64,000 nt of DNA from Macrostomum lignano. Its lineage: Eukaryota. The notes beneath the pieces are model-generated. The model was not told the origin of the DNA. It ran no database searches and saw nothing but the letters and a program-made list of their open reading frames with translations. Of this stretch, positions 25,771-38,258 are shown in pieces (position 1 is the stretch's first letter; each line of letters begins with the position of its first letter). The stretch is from NCBI GenBank assembly GCA_002269645.1, contig NIVC01003307.1:40780-104779 (forward strand), written 5' to 3'. The translations under genes were made by a program, and so were the position numbers.

Positions 25771-26924
25771 GTCAATCGCTGAAGTATTTTGACTGCTGAA
25801 GAGTTTCTCTGCACATATTGTTGCCTCAGCTGTTACGCACTTTCATGCACCCGAAGTTTCAATGCGAGTTGAGTTGTCTGGTGTAGATTTAAATAAACCT
25901 ACTGAGACACCTTGGTCAGAAGTGTGTAAATGTTTCTCAACCAGAACAACCAACACAGACTACTGCCATTCGGTGTGTTGCTAGCCATCGAAATTTGTCG
26001 TTTTTTAGCAATAAAAATCTGCATTCGCGATACCTTCTTTTAATCGTCAGATCTTCGTTGCATCAGGAAACAGCTGGGATTTCGGTGTAGCTTAGGCTGC
26101 AAAATGATTCATTAAATCTCCTTGATTCCCGCCCCGTGTTTTCCCTGCTCGCGGCTCCAGCTGTGGCAACAGTTCATGTCAAGTTGCCATGCGGGGTGTC
26201 TGAAAACACGGGGGGGGGGAGAATGAAACCGATTGCCCTCCAGAAAAATATGAATTATTCAGAAGCTGACAAGAGAATCCGCTATGAAAGATCTGATCGC
26301 CTTTCCGTTGCATCATCCTCTGCCGGACGGACCGCCCACAGAGTGTCCGGGTCAAGGGTGTCCAATTGACTCCCATTGATGAAAAAAGCCAAGTCAGCCT
26401 TTGTCCCCCCGCGTGCTCTTGAACGGAACTAAAAAGTTAAGGCAATTGAAATTCGTGCATCGACATTAGGGCAGGGGATGCAACGGGAAGGCTTGAAGAC
26501 CTGACACTTGATGAGGCGCTAACTAACTAGCAAACAGCCTCGATCCGGCATCCTAGGCTTGGCTTTTTGCTGCCAGTGGACAAAGGGAAAAATGACCATC
26601 GAGTCAAAGAAAATCTGTCTGTCTCCCGAATCACAGCCTGTGTGCGGGTGTTTGTTTATACGCGAATCCGTTTGAAAAGAAAAGGGGGGGGTGGGTGGGC
26701 TGGGAATGCAAGCCGCGGCCTTCAATTGTCTGTCATGTTTTGGCTTTGATTTTCTAGCGCCGTAGAAGACGCGGAATTGATGACGGGCCGGACCACCCAC
26801 CGGTGCGGCCTGTCGTAATTGGAGCCTTTTTTACCGGTAGTTTGCTGTGTTTATAACAAAACTGTTTGGGGCGATGAGTCGTATTCTACAATACAATCCA
26901 ACAAAACTCACTATAAGATGCCTT

Positions 26925-27600
26925 TAGTTTATGACTTCACTCTTGTGTCTCACATCTAGTTTATGACTTCACTCTTGTGTCACACATCTAGTTTATGACT
27001 TTGCTCTTGTGTCTCACATCTAGTTTATGACTTCACTCTTGTGTCACACATCTAGTTTATGACTTCACTCTTGTGTCACATTTCTAGTTTATGACTTCAC
27101 TCTTGTGTCACATTTCTAGTTTATGACTTCACTCTTGTGTCTCACATCTAGTTTATGACTTCACTCTTGTGTCTCACATCTAGTTTATGACTTCACTCTT
27201 GTGTCACATTTCTAGTTTATGACTTCCCTCTAGTGTCACATTTCTGGTTCATGACTTCACTCTTGTGTCACACATCTAGTTTATGACTTCACTCTTGTGT
27301 CACACATCTAGTTTATATCGTCACTCTTGTGTCCCATTTTTAGTTTATGACTTCACTCTTGAGTCACACAACTAGTTTATGACTTCACTCTTGTGTCACA
27401 CAACTAGTTTATGACTTCACTCTTGTGTCACATTTCTAGTTTATGACTTCACTCTTGTGTCACATTTCTAGTTTATGACTTTACTCTTGTGTCAAACATG
27501 TAGTTCATGACTTTACTCTTGTGTCACACATCTAGTTTAAATCGTCACTCTTGTGAAACAGCTTTAGTTGCACCTACCGTTGATAAATTCACTCTTGTGT
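26925..27600. repeat. 32-bp tandem repeat (CTAGTTTATGACTTCACTCTTGTGTCACACAT)n
   Basis: Direct periodicity, degenerating at the 3' end. Confidence 0.93.
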
Positions 27601-28316
27601 CACAGCTTCTGCTCGGCAATTGCTAGTACTCTCCTAATAGACTTTGAAAGAGCCGGTTCCGCAATCTGCCGCTGGCCAATTTCAGGCAGGCTAACAGCAA
27701 ACCCGCAGACACCAAACGCGTGGACAGTCAAAGTGATTACAGAATTCAAGACAGGCTTGTGCAAAAAGTCAATGCAGATGCTATGCAAGCCCTCCCCAGG
27801 TAGCATATGGGTAGCCTGATATTTCCCGAGCCACATTCGGGGCATCATTTTTCGTTAACGCATTTCTCCTCTTCCCGCCTCTGCCCACCCCGGCGGGGAG
27901 GTTGGGGTTGGGCGTCACGGGGAGAATCTCCCCATCACCCCATACTCTCGATTTCTTAGAATGGCCCCCGCCGGGGGTTGGCCGACGACACAGAGGGAGG
28001 CCCCGGCGGTGGAACCTCCGCCAGACAGTCTGGCGACAGCGGGGCACCCGCGGCGCTTCTGGGAAGGGGGGGGGGGTTAGCGGCTGACACGGCAAGTCTT
28101 AAAAATGGCAAACAGCTGCCCAAGCATCTGTTTCCTGGAGACCCCGAGAATTAGCGCGCGCGGCCCGGCTAACGCCTGAAGCTTTTTTCCAAGGAAGCCA
28201 GCGCATCAATCGTTTTTACTACAGCAGCAGCAGCCACCGCTTTTAGTCCGGGAGGTCACGCAGAGGCGCCAAGTGATCCGAGGGAGAAGCTGCTGTGAAG
28301 AAGAAAATTTCGGCTG

Positions 28317-28373
28317 ATGGATCTTGTCTGCAACCGCGGCGATAGCGGCAGCCTTGGACTGAGTGTGAGCGGG
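28317..28373 (+). CDS. twist: twist, putative coding exon 1 (MDLVCNRGDSGSLGLSVSG)
   Basis: ATG at 28317; phase-0 donor GTGAGT at 28374 matches the phase-0 acceptor TTTGCCCAG at 28813. The in-frame ATG at 28847 is an alternative start. Confidence 0.6.
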
Positions 28374-28414
28374 GTGAGTCCCAGTGGCGACTGCTGCAAC
28401 TCACACAGTCAGCC

Positions 28415-28760
28415 AGGAGAATCTCACCCAATCTAAGAGACCCTCACCTCAGAATCTCACCCAACCCAACAGACCCTCACCTCAGAATCTCACCCAACCC
28501 AACAGACCCTCACCTCAGAATCTCACCCAACCCAACAGACCCTCACCTCAGAATCTCACCCAACCCAACAGACCCTCACCTCAGAATCTCACCCAACCCA
28601 ACAGACCCTCACCTCAGAACCCCAGCCAACCCAAGAGACCCTCACCTCAGAATCTCACCCAACCCAAGAGACCCGCACCTCAGAATCTCACCCAACCCAA
28701 GAGACCCTCACCTCAGAATCTCACCCAACCCAAGAGACCCGCACCTCAGAATCTCAGCCA
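28415..28760. repeat. 33-bp tandem repeat in twist intron 1
   Basis: Unit CCCAACAGACCCTCACCTCAGAATCTCACCCAA. Confidence 0.93.
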
Positions 28761-28813
28761 ACTTCATATACCTGCACGAAGACATTCGCTCAACACAAAT
28801 CCAATTTGCCCAG

Positions 28814-29067
28814 ACGGAGTCAAACCAGCGACACAGTCGTGGCCTGATGCCGGCAACGGCGGAGCCTGGAACCGATTCAAGCTTGTGCGTGAAGCTGGAA
28901 GCCAAAGGCTCTGGCAACGCCGCCTCCAGCAGCCGAAAAAGAAAGCGGAGCGGCTGCTCAGACGCCGCGTCGCACTCGGCAGCGTCTGACGCCTACGATG
29001 ACAGCGGCAGCTCCGCGAGGATGATGGCCAATGTGCGGGAGCGGCAGAGGACACAGTCCTTGAACAA
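28814..29067 (+). CDS. twist: twist coding exon 2 (NLS RKRKR and the bHLH basic region MANVRERQRTQSLN)
   Basis: ANVRERQRTQSLN is diagnostic of Twist; phase-2 donor GTGAGT at 29068. Confidence 0.92.
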
Positions 29068-29144
29068 GTGAGTTCATTTCAACCCCGCGTCCTGCATCGG
29101 CCGATCGGCTGTTTGCAAACTGGTGGCCACAGGAGCCCCGAGAA

Positions 29145-30425
29145 CGATATTTGATAATCCTACAATATCCTGCAAGATATTTGATAATCCTACAAGATAT
29201 TTGATAATCCTACAAGATATTTGATAATCCTACAAGATCCTGCAAGATTTGATAATCCTACAAGATCCTGCAAGATATTTGATAATCCTACAATATCCTG
29301 CAAGATATTTGATAATCCTACAATACGAGTATCCTGCAAGATATTTGATAATCCTACAATATCCTGCAAGATATTTGATAATCCTACAATATCCTGCAAG
29401 ATATTTGATAATCCTACAATACGAGTATCCTGCAAGATATTTGATAATCCTACAATATCCTGCAAGATATTTGATAATCCTACAATATCCTGCAAGATAT
29501 TTGATAATCCTACAATATCCTGCAAGATATTTGATAATCCTACAATATCCTGCAAGATATTTGATAATCCTACAATATCCTGCAAGATATTTGATAATCC
29601 TACAATATCCTGCAAGATATTTGATAATCCTACAATATCCTGCAAGATATTTGAAAATCCTACAATATCCTGCAAGATATTTGAAAATCCTACAATATCC
29701 TGCAAGATATTTGAAAATCCTGCAATATCCTGCAAGATACGAGTATTTGATAATCCTACAATATCCTGCAAGATATTTGATAATCCTACAATATCCTGCA
29801 AGATATTTGAAAATCCTACAATATCCTGCAAGATATTTGAAAATCCTACAATATCCTGCAAGATATTTGAAAATCCTACAATATCCTGCAAGATATTTGA
29901 AAATCCTACAATATCCTGCAAGATATTTGAAAATCCTACAATATCCTGCAAGATACGAGTATTTGATAATCCTACAATATCCTGCAAGATATTTGATAAT
30001 CCTACAATATCCTGCAAGATATTTGATAATCCTACAATATCCTGCAAGATATTTGATAATCCTACCTACAATATCCTGCAAGATATTTGAAAATCCTACA
30101 ATATCCTGCAAGATACGAGTATTTGATAATCCTACAATATCCTGCAAGATATTTGATAATCCTACAATATCCTGCAAGATATTTGAAAATCCTACAATAT
30201 CCTGCAAGATACGAGTATTTGATAATCCTACAATATCCTGCAAGATATTTGATAATCCTACAATATCCTGCAAGATATTTGATAATCCTACAATATCCTG
30301 CAAGATATTTGATAATCCTACCTACAATATCCTGCAAGATATTTGATAATCCTACCTACAATATCCTGCAAGATATGTGATAATCCTACAATATCCGGCA
30401 AGATATTAGATTATCCTACAAGATC
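29145..30425. repeat. 30-bp tandem repeat (GATATTTGATAATCCTACAATATCCTGCAA)n in twist intron 2
   Basis: Direct periodicity, ~42 copies. Confidence 0.95.
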
Positions 30426-30507
30426 CTGCAAAATCTTATGATTATCGTATTTTAACGATTGACAAATTTAGCACAAAATCTGCTACACTTTCTCCCCCAA
30501 CCCGCAG

Positions 30508-30928
30508 AGCGTACGAGGAGCTCAGGCGCATTATACCGACTCTGCCGTCCGATAAACTGTCGAAAATCCAGACTCTCCGACTGGCCACTCGCTACATCGA
30601 CTTCTTGTCCACTGTGCTGCGCTGCGGCGAGGACGCGGACGACCAGCAGTACCAGCACCAGCACCCGTATCACTACCATCAGCAGTTCCATCATCTGTCA
30701 GCAGCTGCTCATCATCATCAGCACCAGCCGGGCTTCTTCGGCGGACCGACGACTGCAGCATCGGCTATGGACTGCTGCGGCCCGATTTCTGCTGCCACGG
30801 CTGCGGCTGCCGCCGCCGCGGCGGCCGCTGCAGCGGCCAGCGGAGCCGGCGGCGGCGACCGGTTGGGCTACGCATTCGGAGTCTGGCGAATGGAAGACGC
30901 CTGGAAGTCGACTGGACTGCTCAAGTAG
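30508..30928 (+). CDS. twist: twist coding exon 3 (HLH and C-terminal WR motif)
   Basis: Acceptor CCCGCAG at 30507, phase 2. Translates [34 protein letters not shown]...[16 protein letters not shown]; stop TAG at 30926-30928. Confidence 0.95.
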
Positions 30929-31199
30929 GGAATCTTCAGCTCTCACACGGGTTATTGCTACTGGGGTAGGCATGTGACTGATCACGTGACCAAATTTTGC
31001 TCTCATTCAGTGTAAATTTTGCCATTGCTATTGATTTCAACCCCAAGAATATACCCCCCCCCCTCCGACTCTAATATTACTGGATTTAGCTGACCTTAGT
31101 GACACCAGTTACGTTTCATCTATAATACGTTAGTCGAAAGTCATAGTGTTGACCCACTCACTGTGAACGTACATATTATGACCGTCTAGAGCGCATGAA

Positions 31200-31835
31200 C
31201 GTCAAGGATGGTAATCTGTATGAGCCTCAAGGATGGTCATCTGCATGATCCTCAAGGATGGTCATCTGTATGATCCTCAAGGATGGTCATCTGCATGATC
31301 CTCAAAGGATGGTCATCTGTATGATCCTCAAAGGATGGTCATCTGTATGACCGTCAAGGATGGTCATCTGTATGATCCTCAAGGATGGTCATCTGTATGA
31401 TCCTCAAGGATGGTCATCTGTATGATCCTCAAGGATGGTCATCTGCATGATCCTCAAGGATGGTCATCTGCATGATCCTCAAGGAATGGTCATCTGTATG
31501 ATCCTCAAGGATGGTCATCTGTATGATCCTCAAGGATGGTCATCTGCATGATCCTCAAGGATGGTCATCTGTATGATCCTCAAGGATGGTCATCTGCATG
31601 ATCCTCAAGGATGGTCATCTGTATGACCTTCGAAGATCGTCAGTTGTATGACCCTCAAAGGATGGTCATCGTTATGAGCCTCAAAGGATGGTCATCGTTA
31701 TGAGCCTCAAAGGATGGTCATCGTTATGAGCCTCAAAGGATGGTCATCGTTATGAGCCTCAAAGGATGGTCATCGTTATGAGCCTCAAAGGATGGTCATC
31801 GTTATGAGCCTCAAAGGATGGTCATCTGTATGACC
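31200..31835. repeat. 25-26-bp tandem repeat (TCAAGGATGGTCATCTGTATGATCC)n
   Basis: Direct periodicity, lying between the convergent twist and SAC1 3' ends. Confidence 0.93.
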
Positions 31836-32194
31836 GTCCGGAATCAAGATAATCCACTTAGTAAATTTTTGTCACAAAAGATAAATGCATGTCTTGTTAG
31901 CACGCCTTAGTTGGCCCCCAGCTTAAATTAAATTTGAAAAACACCGCAAATACACAGTTAAAATTAAAAATGTATTCTTCAAGACTCATGATAGTGCAGA
32001 TGGGTATCGCACGCAAAAACAAATCAGAATCTATGAGTTTAAATTTGCATTTTATTTATTTGTTCGAAATATACAATACATTAACACAATTTACAACACA
32101 GTAGGAACAGGAATGAGGGCACTGATGATTCGGACCTGTGAGAATAGCAATTGCCAGCACCAGAACATTTGAATAACGAATAGAGAAAAAGGCA

Positions 32195-32343
32195 TCAAAC
32201 AGTTGATCGTTTTTGGCGACTGAATTTCTGGCCTAATCGGGGCCGGTCAACGAAGTCTTCGCCGTAGTAGAAAATGCCGAATATTGCCAACACCACAGAT
32301 GTGCACCAGAATAGCGAGAATAACATCTGCTCCGACCAGTGCT
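32195..32343 (-). CDS. SACM1L: SAC1 exon 7 (last): second TM helix and tail
   Basis: EHWSEQMLFSLFWCTSVVLAIFGIFYYGEDFVDRPRL...stop; phase-1 acceptor TTGCAG; AATAAA downstream (~32051-32060). Confidence 0.9.
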
Positions 32344-32396
32344 CTGCAACGTTAGGGAATTAAGCTAGCTTTGCTGTGTCCATGTGGCTGATATCC

Positions 32397-33525
32397 TCAA
32401 ACCCACTCAGCGAGTCTGAACAACCCCTCAAATCCCCGTCAGCGGGTCTGACAACCCCTCAAATCCCCGTCAGCGGGTCTGACAACCCCTCAAATCCCCA
32501 TCAGCGGGTCTGACAACCCCTCAAATCCACGTCAGCGGGTCTGACAACCCCTTAAATCCCCTCAGCGGGTCTGACAATCCCTCAAATCCCATCAGAGGGT
32601 CTGACAACCCCTCAAATCCCCTTAGCGGGTCTGACAATCCCTCAAATCCCATCAGAGGGTCTGACAACCCCTCAAATCCCCTCAGCGGGTCTGACAATTC
32701 CTCAAATCCCATCAGAGGGTCTGACAACCCCTCAAATCCCCTCAGCGGCTTTTACAACCCCTCAAATCCCCTCAGCGGGTCTGACAACCCCTTAAATCCC
32801 CTCAGCGGGTTTTACAACCCCTCAAATCCCCTCAGCGGCTTTAACAACCCCTCAAATCCCCTCAGCGGGTCTGACAACCCCTCAAATCCCCTCAGCGGGT
32901 CTGACAACCTCTCGAATTCCATCAGCGGGTCTGACAAACCCCCAAATCCCATCAGCGGGTCTGACAAACCCCCAAATCCCATCAGCGGGTCTGACAACCC
33001 CTCAAATCCTATCAGCTGGTCTGACAACCCCTCAAATCCCATCAGCGGGTCTGACAACCCCTCAAATCCTATCAGCTGGTCTGACAACCCCTCAAATCCC
33101 ATCAGCGGGTCTGACAACCCCTCAAATCCCATCAGCGGGTCTGACAACCCCTCAAATTCCATCAGCGGGTCTGAAAACCCCTCAAATTCCATCAGCGGGT
33201 CTGACAACCCCTCAAATTCCATCAGCGGGTCTGACAACCCCTCAAATTCCATCAGCGGGTCTGACAACCCCTCAAATTCCATCAGCGGGTCTGACAACCC
33301 CTCAAATTCCATCAGCGGGTCTGACAACCCCTCAAATTCCATCAGCGGGTCTGACAACCCCTCAAATTCCATCAGCGGGTCTGACAACCCCTTAAATCCC
33401 ATCAGCGGGTCTGACAACCCCTCAAACCCCCTCAGCGGGTTTTTACAACCCCTTAAATTCCCTCAGCGGGTTTTACAACCCCTCAAATCCCATCAGCGGG
33501 TCTGACAACCCCTCAAATCCCATCA
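32397..33525. repeat. 30-bp tandem repeat in SAC1 intron 6
   Basis: Unit CCCTCAAATCCCATCAGCGGGTCTGACAAC. Confidence 0.95.
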
Positions 33526-33567
33526 GGTTTAGAATGGGCCTTAATAGAAGAGCATTAAACAGCTCAC

Positions 33568-34107
33568 CTGGCGGCAGCAGAGCGCCCATAGTGAGCATAG
33601 TTAATCCAAACAGCAGCACTGACGGCAACAGCCAGACTTTCCAATCGCGACCCTGAGCAAACGGACTCAACTCGCCTCGCTCCGGCAGGTAATTGCCCAG
33701 CAACAAATCTATAGCGTCCTGTCGCCAGCCGTCGTAGAAATTATTCCTAGCGTAGCGTACTGCGCTAAAATAGGCGTCGCGCAGGGCGCCGAATTTGGTG
33801 CGCCGGCCAGTCCGAGTGAAATCGGCCTTCAAAGCGCCGGTGCCGGCGTACTGCAAAGACAATTCGTCGGCATTGTCCGACCAGGCAAGCTTGATGACCG
33901 ATTCTAGAGACTCCGCGTCCGGATTGGTTTTGGATTCGCTACTATTACTACTAGTAGCGTTGTTAGCAAACAGAGCGGCATAGCCAAGATCGGCCAGCTG
34001 ACGGGCAAGGGCGCGCCTAGCCAGCAGGCACTGGGCAACATTGGTGCGGTCTAGACAGTCGATGCAGTTGACGCGAAATACCGAGTGCTGGGTGCGCTGC
34101 GGGGAGC
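33568..34107 (-). CDS. SACM1L: SAC1 exon 6 with the catalytic CX5RT motif
   Basis: VFRVNCIDCLDRTNV...WSDNADELSLQYAGTGALKADFTRTGRRT...NNFYDGWRQDAIDLLLG; phase-1 acceptor CCCTAG and phase-1 donor GTGAGC. Confidence 0.95.
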
Positions 34108-34347
34108 CTAGGGAGGAGAGGGGATGGCAATGTCAAAGCGACAAGTTAACTCGCAGCTAATATTTCTAAACGCGCGTGTACTGAAAAGAGTAGTGTGCCC
34201 GCAATAGGCCAGGACCGGTTACTGACTTCCTACTCAGCACTCTTCGTCAGCTAAACCTAAACCACAGAGCCAGAACCTCGCCTGTGGAAGTCCTTTTCAA
34301 CTAACAAACCATAGGGAATCCGCTTCACATTCTTTTCTTTCTGAATA

Positions 34348-35006
34348 TTGGTTTTGACAATCAATATGAGAAAATGGACAATCAAAATGAAAACAGCCGT
34401 AGATCTGCATGCAGCAGCTCAGCTCAGCTTCGCAGCAGCTGCGGCTTAGGCCAGACTTTTGACGATCGAAATGAGAATTGGACAATCAAAATGGCAAGGG
34501 GAGCAGTGTGCGCGTTTATTTGAATGAAATTTTAACAATAGAAACGAGAAATTGACAACAGAAATTCACGAATCTCCTCATCCACCTTGCACCTTGCTTC
34601 TTTTCGGCCTCCACGAGGCATACCGTTCATCCTTCCCTCATTCCTGTACAGCCTCACGATGCGATGAGCAGTTGAACTTGACAGCTGAAGGATTATTGCT
34701 GCGTCCTTGACCGGTGTGCCTCGATCTATTGCCTCGATGAGCCGACGTCTGTCATCTGGACTCACAGGTGGTGCCATCACCAGCAAACTGGAGAGATGGC
34801 TGAGAAAGATGGCTGGCTAATGCTTAAATGTGCTGCCTCGCTAAACTAACCGCGCGTTGCCATTTTGATTGTCCAATTCTCATTTCGATCGTCAAAAGTC
34901 TGGCCTAAGGCGCAGCTGCTGCGAAGCTGAGCTGAGCTGCTGCATGCAGATCTACGGCTGTTTTCATTTTGATTGTCCATTTTCTCATATTGATTGACAA
35001 AACCAA
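34348..35006 (-). mobile_element. Internally deleted Tc1/mariner (IS630-like) DNA transposon with 150-bp IR/DR-type TIRs and TA TSD
   Basis: 34348-34497 and 34857-35006 are near-perfect inverted repeats flanked by TA. Each TIR holds two ATGAGAA(A/T)TGGACAATCAAAATG direct repeats. The internal ORF 34532-34786 encodes an HTH (RRRLIEAIDRG...DAAIILQLSSSTAHRIVR...PRGGRK) but no DDE domain. Confidence 0.88.
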
Positions 35007-35128
35007 TAGTACGAGCTTGAATCTTTCTTTTTGAGCTCCACTAAACCCCCTCTGATCACCAAGCTTAAATCGTTATTAACTATAATTTGTCTAAAACACA
35101 TCGATAAAAGCTAGATCGAGTATTGTCT

Positions 35129-36558
35129 ATGGTTAAAGTCGCGTAAGCTAGCAGAATAATCGAAAATTTCAACTCAAATAAGCAATTTTAGCAACAGATA
35201 AGAACTCGAAAGCTTAATCTTTACGAGCGTAGTTATTTTATTTTTGCACAAAAGTCCAAATACCAACTGCAAGATATGTACGCCGGACTGAGCTACAAGA
35301 AGCAGTACCTGCTGCAGATCACAGACGCCAGCTTGAAGATGTTCAGCGACACGCGCGTCAAGGCCGCCTGCAACCGCACCAGCTGCGTGTTTGCCGTTAA
35401 AAACAAAATCCTCACCAGAAAGCTCGGAGGCACGCAGGCCATGCGATTCTGCATCTTCGAGATCAAGGGGCCGAGCGAGCTCAGCGTAGACAAGTGCAAT
35501 CGCATCATTGAGCAGCACTTTCCCGACTACAAGCTGCGCAAGGACTACAACGAGAAGGAGGTGGCCGTCAGCGTCAGGCTGAAGGTCGGGCAGTGGACGC
35601 CTGACAACACCAGCCTGTACTTCCTGAACCAGCGCTACGGGCTGGGCAAGGGCCGGCCCGGAGACCTGCAGAGAACTGGGCCAGAGGATGGAGATGGAGC
35701 CATGAAGCAGGGTGAGGAGCTCGTCATGACTCACACCTGAGCCTGAGTTCTGACGTGTGTTTTCGTTCAATATTGGTCTTTTTGGTCCTGTAAACAGATC
35801 CTGATCCACCTGACATGGCGCCCCAGCACTGCCAGATGCAGCCTGCAGATTCCTCCCGATCCACCTGACATGGCGCCCCAGCACCGCCAGATGCAGCCTG
35901 CAGATTCCTCCCGATCCACCTGACATGGCGCCCCAGCACCGCCAGATGCAGCCTGCAGATTCCTCCCGATCCACCTGACATGGCGCCCCAGCACCGCCAG
36001 ATGCAGCCTGCAGATTCCTCCCGATCCACCTGACATGGCGCTCCAGCACTGCCAGATGCAGCCTGCAGATTCCTCCCGATCCACCTGACATGGCGCTCCA
36101 GCACTGCCAGATGCAGCCTGCAGATTCCTCCCGATCCACCTGACATGGCGCCCCAGCACCGCCAGATGCAGCCTGCAGATTCCTCCCGATCCACCTGGCA
36201 TGGCGCTCCAGCACTGCCAGATGCAGCCTGCAGATTCCTCCCGATCCACCTGACATGGGACCTCAGCACCGCTAGCATTCTGCACCTCCCCCGCCCCGCA
36301 GGCAACTCGATAGTGGAGTCCCTGGCCCGGAGTCTTCAGCAAGACTGGCCCGGCGCAGGGGACCTGGGCGGAGGCGGCGGCCGCCGGCGCTCCGTCAGCC
36401 AGGGCCCGCAGCACCGCCGGTTCACCGGGGCCGCTGCGGCCGCGGCAGCCGAGGAGGAGGCCCTGAGTCGCTACATGGGATTTCGCGAGCGAGAGGAAAT
36501 TTTGAAAAATGAGATTAACAGGCTGGAGTCGTACCTGAGCAACCTGCAGCTGGCTTGA
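35129..36558 (+). CDS. Nested antisense gene of unknown function in SAC1 intron 5; exons 35129-35142 (tentative), 35233-35711, 36302-36558
   Basis: Open frame from 35198 to a phase-1 donor GTGAGG at 35712 joins a phase-1 acceptor CCCCGCAG at 36301 and continues to TGA 36558 with coding-like GC3 bias. The start is uncertain: ATG 35129 via a 90-nt GTAAGC..TAG intron, or ATG 35276. Confidence 0.65.
35803..36258. repeat. 55-bp tandem repeat, ~8 copies, in the intron of the nested gene
   Basis: GATCCACCTG recurs at 35803, 35858, 35913 and onward. Confidence 0.95.
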
Positions 36559-37674
36559 TGAAGGACTGCCCTGCTCCAACAGGTGAGCGCCAGCTTAAGA
36601 CAAGTTGGGACCAAATTTTGCAACCAGCTTTAACAATCCACCTCACTCATTGTCTGTGCTGAAGGCATGCAGCGGTGACTCAATTGAACCAACGGCCCAC
36701 TTGCTAAAACTTGTCGAGTCTTGCAGCATAACAAACAGTTGTATATTTTACGAATAGCATAATTTTTTTAGTCGAGTTCTTTGTTAAACACGCACTTTCT
36801 TTGTTATAAAAAGCCAGTTTTTTAGGCCAGTTGCTCTTTCCTATATATTCAGGTTTTTGTCAGGCGCGCATCTTTCATATTGCTTTATGGCCATCTTTTC
36901 TTCTGCTTCTCTTTATGATTATTAGCTAATCTGCAGGCAATAAGTTTCTTATTAGCAGGAACAAGCCTTTGTCTCTGCTCATTGTTTTGCAACGCTCTTT
37001 TTAAACTTCTCCGCTGTCATTTGGGGAGGTTTTCTGAACCAAAATCGTTGAAAACTTATCCAAATACAGTTTCTTTTTTGGTTTTCATGTGTAGTATTAG
37101 TACTTCAGTCCAGCACTTATTCTGCGCCACAGACACTAATAAGATGGCCCATTCGGCACATACATGCGCAACAGTCGGCCGAGTCGGCCGACCGATTTGG
37201 CGGCCAATCAAGGAAGTCGCAAAAATGCCCACCCGAAAACGCCCACTACGTAGTATTAGTACTAAGTAGCTGACGAGGCATTTTGACTTAATAAGACAGT
37301 CATAGTTACTCTTGCCGTTTACCCAAAGTTGCGTTAATTTTTCGTTGTTTTTTTTACATGTAAGTCGCATTTTTGGCCAAAAACTTCGTCGCATTTTTGT
37401 TAAAACTAAGTCGCAAGGCCGACCGAATTTTGGAGGTTGCGCATGTATGATTCGGCATCTTTGATTGGTCCTGTCAGTTCAGTAGCAAGAAACAATGTGT
37501 AGGCTATTTTATTGAAAGAATGGCACTTGAAGACCGACCTCCAGATGTCAACAACCTGCTATTGGCGCAAACGCAACCAGTAATGTACCGTACACGAAGA
37601 TGTACATGGACTAGAAATACACTGAAGGCAGTAAAGGCAGTTTTGTGGATGACGTGGTCAGAGGGATTTAGCTA

Positions 37675-38140
37675 GGGGATGTGGGATTCTTGAAATTGAG
37701 ATGGGGTGTGGGATTCTTGGAATTAGGATGGGGTGTGGGATTCTTGGAATTGAGATAGGGTGTGGGATTCTTGGAATTAGGATGGGGTGTGGGATTCTTG
37801 AAATTGAGATGGGGTGTGGGATTCTTGGAATTAGGATGGGGTGTGGGATTCTTGGAATTGAGATGGGGTGTGGGATTCTTGGAATTGAGATATGGTGTGG
37901 GATTCTTGGAATTGAGATAGGGTGTGGGATTCTTGGAATTAAGATGGGATGTGGGATTTTTGGAATTAAGATGGGATGTGGGATTTTTGGAACTGGGATG
38001 GGGTGGGATGGGGTGTGGGATTCTTGGAATTGAGATGGGGTGTGGGATTTTTGGTATTGAGATGAACTGTGGGATTCTTGGAATTGAGATGAACTGTGGG
38101 ATTCTTGGAATTGAGATTGGATGTGGGATTCTTGGAATGG
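37675..38140. repeat. 27-bp tandem repeat (GTGTGGGATTCTTGGAATTGAGATGGG)n in SAC1 intron 5
   Basis: Direct periodicity. Confidence 0.93.
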
Positions 38141-38258
38141 GAGCCTTGTCCAAAAGTGGCATTATATAAAGTGTTTTCAATAAACTATCAGATAGCTGAG
38201 CATATATAAAAATTTTCTGTGATAATAAGAAACACAAGTGCACATCCCGGTTGCTCAC

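Noticed and set aside
28113-28130. Twist autoregulatory double E-box (CAGCTG...CATCTG)
   Set aside because: The spacing is 6 nt rather than the 5 nt described for the Twist double E-box, and E-boxes are common by chance.
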